From a bacterium (GTDB lineage: Bacteria; Hinthialibacterota; Hinthialibacteria; Hinthialibacterales; Hinthialibacteraceae), in the NCBI GenBank assembly GCA_963662285.2, contig CAXXMV010000002.1:1536001-1600000 (forward strand): a stretch of DNA of 64,000 nt. The letters run 5' to 3'. This document shows, piece after piece, positions 59,743 through 64,000 of this stretch. A model generated the notes under the pieces. It was not told the DNA's origin. It saw nothing but the letters and a program-made list of their open reading frames with translations, and searched no databases. A program made the translations under genes and the position numbers. Within the stretch, counting starts at the first letter, position 1. The number at the start of each line of letters is the position of its first letter.

Positions 59743-60989
59743 ATGAGTACTCAACCAAAGAAACTTAAACAGGCGTGTGGAAATTGGGTAACTGGCGAAC
59801 GATTTTGGGATCGTAAAGAAGATATTGCTTTATTAATGGATCGCATCTCACAAGGCGCTCATCTAAATATGGTTGCTCAACGCCGCATGGGCAAGACCAG
59901 CCTGATGAAAGAAGTCGCTGAACGCTTTAAGGATCATTATATCTGTCTCTTTGTTGATTTCCAGAAATCTAAAGACGCCCCCGACGCGATTGCTGAACTG
60001 AGCCTTGCTCTCCAACCATATACGCCTCTATTCAACAGAATTAAGAAGATTTTCTCTAATGTATTCAATCATGTCGAAAAAATCGGGTATGGGGATATTG
60101 GAATTACCCTTCGCTCTGGATTAACCGCAGGAACCTGGCCAGATAAGGGAGATAAACTCTTCAATATACTGGCCGCTGCCGAGAAACCTGTCCTGCTCTT
60201 ACTTGATGAAGTACCCATATTGGTAAATCGAATGCTCAAAGATGACGATTCCAAAATTACCCCGGAACGGAGAGCGCAGACGGACGAGTTTATGTCGTGG
60301 TTGCGCCACAACAGCATTACCCATAAAGAGAAAGTACGCATTGTACTCTCTGGCAGCATAGGTTTTGAGCCGGTTCTGAATCAAGCCAACCTAAGCGCTA
60401 CGATCAATAATTTCGTTCCTTTCGAATTAAAACCTTGGCCGAACGAATCGGCCATCGCTTGTATCGAAGCTTTGGCGAATGAGAGCGGCGTGATATTTGA
60501 GGATGGCGCACCTGCCGAAATGGTGAAGAAACTAGGTTGTTGCATTCCTCATCATGTTCAGATGTTTTTCTCCCGCGTATATGACCGTTGCAAGCGGCGA
60601 AATAAGATGCACGTCTTAAAAAAGAGATCAGGGACATTTATAAAAACGAAATGCTTGGTACGCGAGGATTAGTAGAATTGACTCACTATGAGGAACGTCT
60701 TAAAAGCGTACTCGACGCGGATCGCTTCACCCTGGCTATATCTATGCTTTCAGAAGCGGCGGTCGTTGGTAAATTAACGCGCGAAGCCTTGGCCGCTCTG
60801 CAAGATGAATTTTCATTTTCCGATAAAAATACAACCGGGATTCAACGGGAAATATTGCAGGTTCTCGAACACGATGGTTATCTTGAACAACGCCCTAGAG
60901 GTTATGTCTATGTTTCCAAGCTGTTGCGTGATTGGTGGAAACAGCGTTATGAGAATTTTTATACTCCAATCCTATCGAAGAAAGCGTAA
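59743..60989 (+). CDS. P-loop ATPase (archaeal-ATPase/STAND-like) with C-terminal winged-helix-like region; one indel near 60620
   Basis: GNWVTGERFWDR, Walker A AQRRMGKTS, Walker B LLLLDE, VLSGSIG, PHHVQ. Second ORF LEHDGYL..LLRDWW continues after the A-run; RBS GGAGGTG. Confidence 0.78.
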
Positions 60990-60992
60990 ACC

Positions 60993-63215
60993 ATGCCTAC
61001 TAAAATAATGAAATATAATCCCGCCTTTCTGAGCGAGAAGGAACTGATCGACTCGTTCGTAGTGCGTCATACTGATTTTGAACTTATTACTGATATTGTG
61101 CGTGATAACGTTGATCCGTCTAATCAGCATGTTTTGGTGATTGGTCCGCGCGGTATCGGCAAGACTACCCTGGTTTTGCGCGTGGCCGCTGGAATTTCGC
61201 AGGATAAGGAACTCTCTGAACAATGGTATCCGCTGGTGTTCGGCGAAGAGAGTTACGGGGTGTGCACGCCGGGGGAATTCTGGCTGGAGGCGCTTTTTCA
61301 TCTGGGTCGGCAAACCGGGGAAGCGCGTTGGGAAAAGACTTACAATGAACTGCGTGAGATTAAAGATGAAGATACGCTCCGTGAAAGCGCCCTGGCCCAG
61401 CTGATGGATTTCGCCGATGAAAAGAACAAGAGGATTTTGCTGATCGTCGAAAATCTTCATCAATTACTCGGCGACCAGATCAGCGACGACGAGGCCTGGA
61501 CGCTGCGCCATACCCTGCAGCACGAACCGCGCGTCATGATACTGGCCACCGCCACTACCCGCTTTGAAGAGATCGAAAACCAGGGTAAAGCCATGTTTGA
61601 ACTCTTCAAGACGCATGACCTCAAACCGCTGGACACCGATGACTGCCGGAAAATATGGCAAGCCAACACCGGCAACGCATTCGACAACGAGTTAATCCGC
61701 CCCATCCAGATTCTGACCGGAGGCAACCCACGGCTTATCACTATTATTTCCCAATGCGCCAAGGATATTTCCCTGCAAAACCTTTTGGAAAACCTGATTG
61801 AGCTGGTGGACGACCATACCGAATATTTCAAAACCCATCTGGATAACCTGGCGCCGGTTGAGCGCAAGGTGTATCTGGCGCTGGCCGAAATCTGGGAACC
61901 GGCCACCGCCAAAGACGTGGCCGCCGCCGCCCGTCTGGATGTTAACAAAACCAGTTCTCTGCTGGGCAGACTTATAAAAAATGGCGCCGCCGTGGTTATA
62001 GACGACCGCAAGCGCACTAAGAAATATTACGTAGCCGAACGGATGTATAACATCTACTACCTGATGCGAAGAAGAGGCGGCCCCTCCAGCCGGGTCAAAG
62101 CGGTCATACGTTTTCTGGTTCCCTTTTATGGGCATAAAAAAACATTGGAACTTATCACAGACGAAGCATGCCGCCTCTCACCCGAATTACGTAAAGATCA
62201 TTATGCAGCGTATGAAATCCTACTTGATGAGAGTCCTGATAAGTTACGAAAAGAGTTATTGAAATCTACGCCCGCTCAGTTTATTGAAGCGGAAGATATT
62301 CCCGATGCGCTTAAGAAGCGAATTACATCCGAACTTAAAAACGATTCTGATTATAAAGTTAAAGAATTAAGATTGAAATCTAATGAGTTATTTAACAAAG
62401 GAGACTATAAACAAGCAGAAAAAATTGAAAGACAGATTATTAATATTTATCCAGATAAAGAAAGCGCTTGGTACAATCTAGGTTTATTGTTAAAGAATCA
62501 AAAATGCTATGAAGAAGCTGAAAAAGTATATCGCAAAGCTATCACGATAAAACCGGATTACGTTAATGCCTTGTACAATCTAGGAGTATTGTTATATGAT
62601 CAAAGGCGCTATGACGAGGCAGAAAAATTATATTGCAAAGTAATCGCTTTAAAACCTAGTTACATAGATGCTAGGCTATATCTAGGCTTATTGCTATATA
62701 AACAGAAGCGTTATGACGAATCTAAAAAAGCATATATCGAAGTTCTTGAGATACAACCTGATAACATTAATGCCTGGAACAATCTTGCCTGTCTTTTCCT
62801 TGAAACCAAAAGATACGAAGAAGCCGAAATGTATTCCAGGAAGTCATTGGAACTTTCACCTGACAATTCTACTTTTAAACATACACTGGCATTGATATTA
62901 GTTGAGATAGGCAAGATTGATGAAGCGTTTGAATTGACCAAATCATTGATTAATGATGCTGCATTGATTGATGATTTTAACAATGATGTTAATGAGTTAA
63001 TTATTGCGCTTGCTGCGAAGGGGGGGGCTACTCAGTCTATTGAAATTCTGCAAGACTCTTGCTGCGCTGAGAAGTTGGAGCCTTTGATTGTTGGTTTGCG
63101 TTTGTATATGGGTGAGGATGAGCGGGATATCCGGACACCTTTGGAGGTTTTAGAAATTGGGAAGGATGTTAGGAAGCGGATTGAAGAGCGTATGGCGAGT
63201 GGAGATAATGATTAA
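60993..63215 (+). CDS. STAND-like ATPase - winged helix - TPR protein
   Basis: KYNPAFLS, Walker A GPRGIGKT, variant Walker B LLIVENL, TGGNPR, HTH ATAKDVAAAARLDVNKTSSLLGRL, ~6 TPRs (AWYNLG, ALYNLG, AWNNLA). Confidence 0.82.
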   Translation: MPTKIMKYNPAFLSEKELIDSFVVRHTDFELITDIVRDNVDPSNQHVLVIGPRGIGKTTLVLRVAAGISQDKELSEQWYPLVFGEESYGVCTPGEFWLEALFHLGRQTGEARWEKTYNELREIKDEDTLRESALAQLMDFADEKNKRILLIVENLHQLLGDQISDDEAWTLRHTLQHEPRVMILATATTRFEEIENQGKAMFELFKTHDLKPLDTDDCRKIWQANTGNAFDNELIRPIQILTGGNPRLITIISQCAKDISLQNLLENLIELVDDHTEYFKTHLDNLAPVERKVYLALAEIWEPATAKDVAAAARLDVNKTSSLLGRLIKNGAAVVIDDRKRTKKYYVAERMYNIYYLMRRRGGPSSRVKAVIRFLVPFYGHKKTLELITDEACRLSPELRKDHYAAYEILLDESPDKLRKELLKSTPAQFIEAEDIPDALKKRITSELKNDSDYKVKELRLKSNELFNKGDYKQAEKIERQIINIYPDKESAWYNLGLLLKNQKCYEEAEKVYRKAITIKPDYVNALYNLGVLLYDQRRYDEAEKLYCKVIALKPSYIDARLYLGLLLYKQKRYDESKKAYIEVLEIQPDNINAWNNLACLFLETKRYEEAEMYSRKSLELSPDNSTFKHTLALILVEIGKIDEAFELTKSLINDAALIDDFNNDVNELIIALAAKGGATQSIEILQDSCCAEKLEPLIVGLRLYMGEDERDIRTPLEVLEIGKDVRKRIEERMASGDND

Positions 63216-63433
63216 AATTATTGGTTTTTTTTATACCCGGAGAGGAATTTGGGCTACGTTGGCGCTTTTAGCCCATTCTACTCGATGAGTAAGAGATGAA
63301 CTTGAAAACAGTGGTTATTATCAACCCTCACCTTGCCTCTCCCAAGTTTAACTTTTTGCTTTTCAATAATCATCTTGCCGCTCTATATTTAAATCAAATT
63401 TTTTAAGTATCTTAAAAAAAGTACATTATTACA

Positions 63434-63461
63434 TTGACTATCTTTTCAAATGTAATATAAT
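63434..63461 (+). promoter_or_regulatory. Sigma70 promoter for the T-box leader
   Basis: TTGACT-N16-TATAAT. Confidence 0.65.
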
Positions 63462-63482
63462 TCCCGTCTACAAGTAATACAA

Positions 63483-63736
63483 AAGGCTATGAAGAGGAGT
63501 AGTAAGTGGATTATCGGGAATCAAGAGAGCTGGTGGTTGCTGCAAACCAGTATCCCGAAACGCTGAACTCGCCTTGGAGCTGTCTCTGCGAAAGCCGCAT
63601 CAGCGGTTAATAGTCGGGATCGGAACGCGACCGTTATAACGCGGAAACGAGGGCGGCAAAATCATCGCCGCTAAAACAGGGTGGTACCACGGGTCAATTC
63701 AACGCCCCGTCCCTGATCAGGGACGGGGCGTTTTTA
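63483..63736 (+). promoter_or_regulatory. Leucine T-box riboswitch with terminator
   Basis: Stem I elements AGTA, AGAGA, GGTGG..TGCAA; specifier GAA-CUC (Leu) at 63568-63570; CCGTTA; T-box AAAACAGGGTGGTACCACGG; terminator AACGCCCCGTCCCTGATCAGGGACGGGGCGTTTTT. Confidence 0.92.
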
Positions 63737-63908
63737 TATCTACCCCGAAATAAATATTGCATCTGAAAGGAGGTGGTGAGCGTGTCTGGCCTAACCGCCG
63801 AAGAAAGCGATCTCAGTGATCTCAAAGCGAATTTAACCGGAACTGGAACGAAAACCAATGCTGGCGGAAAACCAAACGCCGCCGCCCAAATGAAAAGGAT
63901 AAACAATC

Positions 63909-64000
63909 ATGAGTGAGAAAATTATAATCTTTGATACTACCTTGCGTGATGGAGAGCAGGCCCCTGGATTCAGTATGAATATACCTGAGAAGGTTGAACT
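63909..64000 (+). CDS. leuA: 2-isopropylmalate synthase (5' fragment, runs off the window)
   Basis: [30 protein letters not shown], downstream of a Leu T-box. Confidence 0.88.
   Translation, partial: MSEKIIIFDTTLRDGEQAPGFSMNIPEKVE

Overview
64-kb bacterial window, probably from a diderm candidate-phylum genome (the protein style suggests Hinthialibacterota/OLB16; low-confidence inference). The left half (1-31 kb) is mostly housekeeping and metabolic: SulP, a glycosyltransferase, 6S RNA, a CotH kinase, an ABC-2 pair, rtcB, a GH57 branching enzyme, serC, MATE, phoBR and Tat-exported enzymes, with scattered REP-like palindromes and an IS4-type MITE. It also holds an orphan phage tail-tube (T4 gp19/Afp1-like) protein carrying a Sec signal peptide. 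The main feature is a ~28-kb minus-strand locus (30.7-59.1 kb) with six large secreted paralogues. Each has a different beta-propeller head fused to a shared ~590-aa stalk (cohesin, 2 cadherin-like, dockerin, cohesin); five stalks are near-identical and one is more diverged. The locus also has dockerin-motif or cohesin-only accessory proteins, an unannotated 54-aa mini-dockerin gene and conserved intergenic RNA hairpins. It looks like a non-cellulolytic, cellulosome-like, self-polymerising surface display system. Next come a divergent two-gene STAND-like ATPase / ATPase-wHTH-TPR module with a four-copy palindromic operator, and a Leu T-box ahead of leuA. Five genes are broken by single-base indels or stops that are probably consensus errors.
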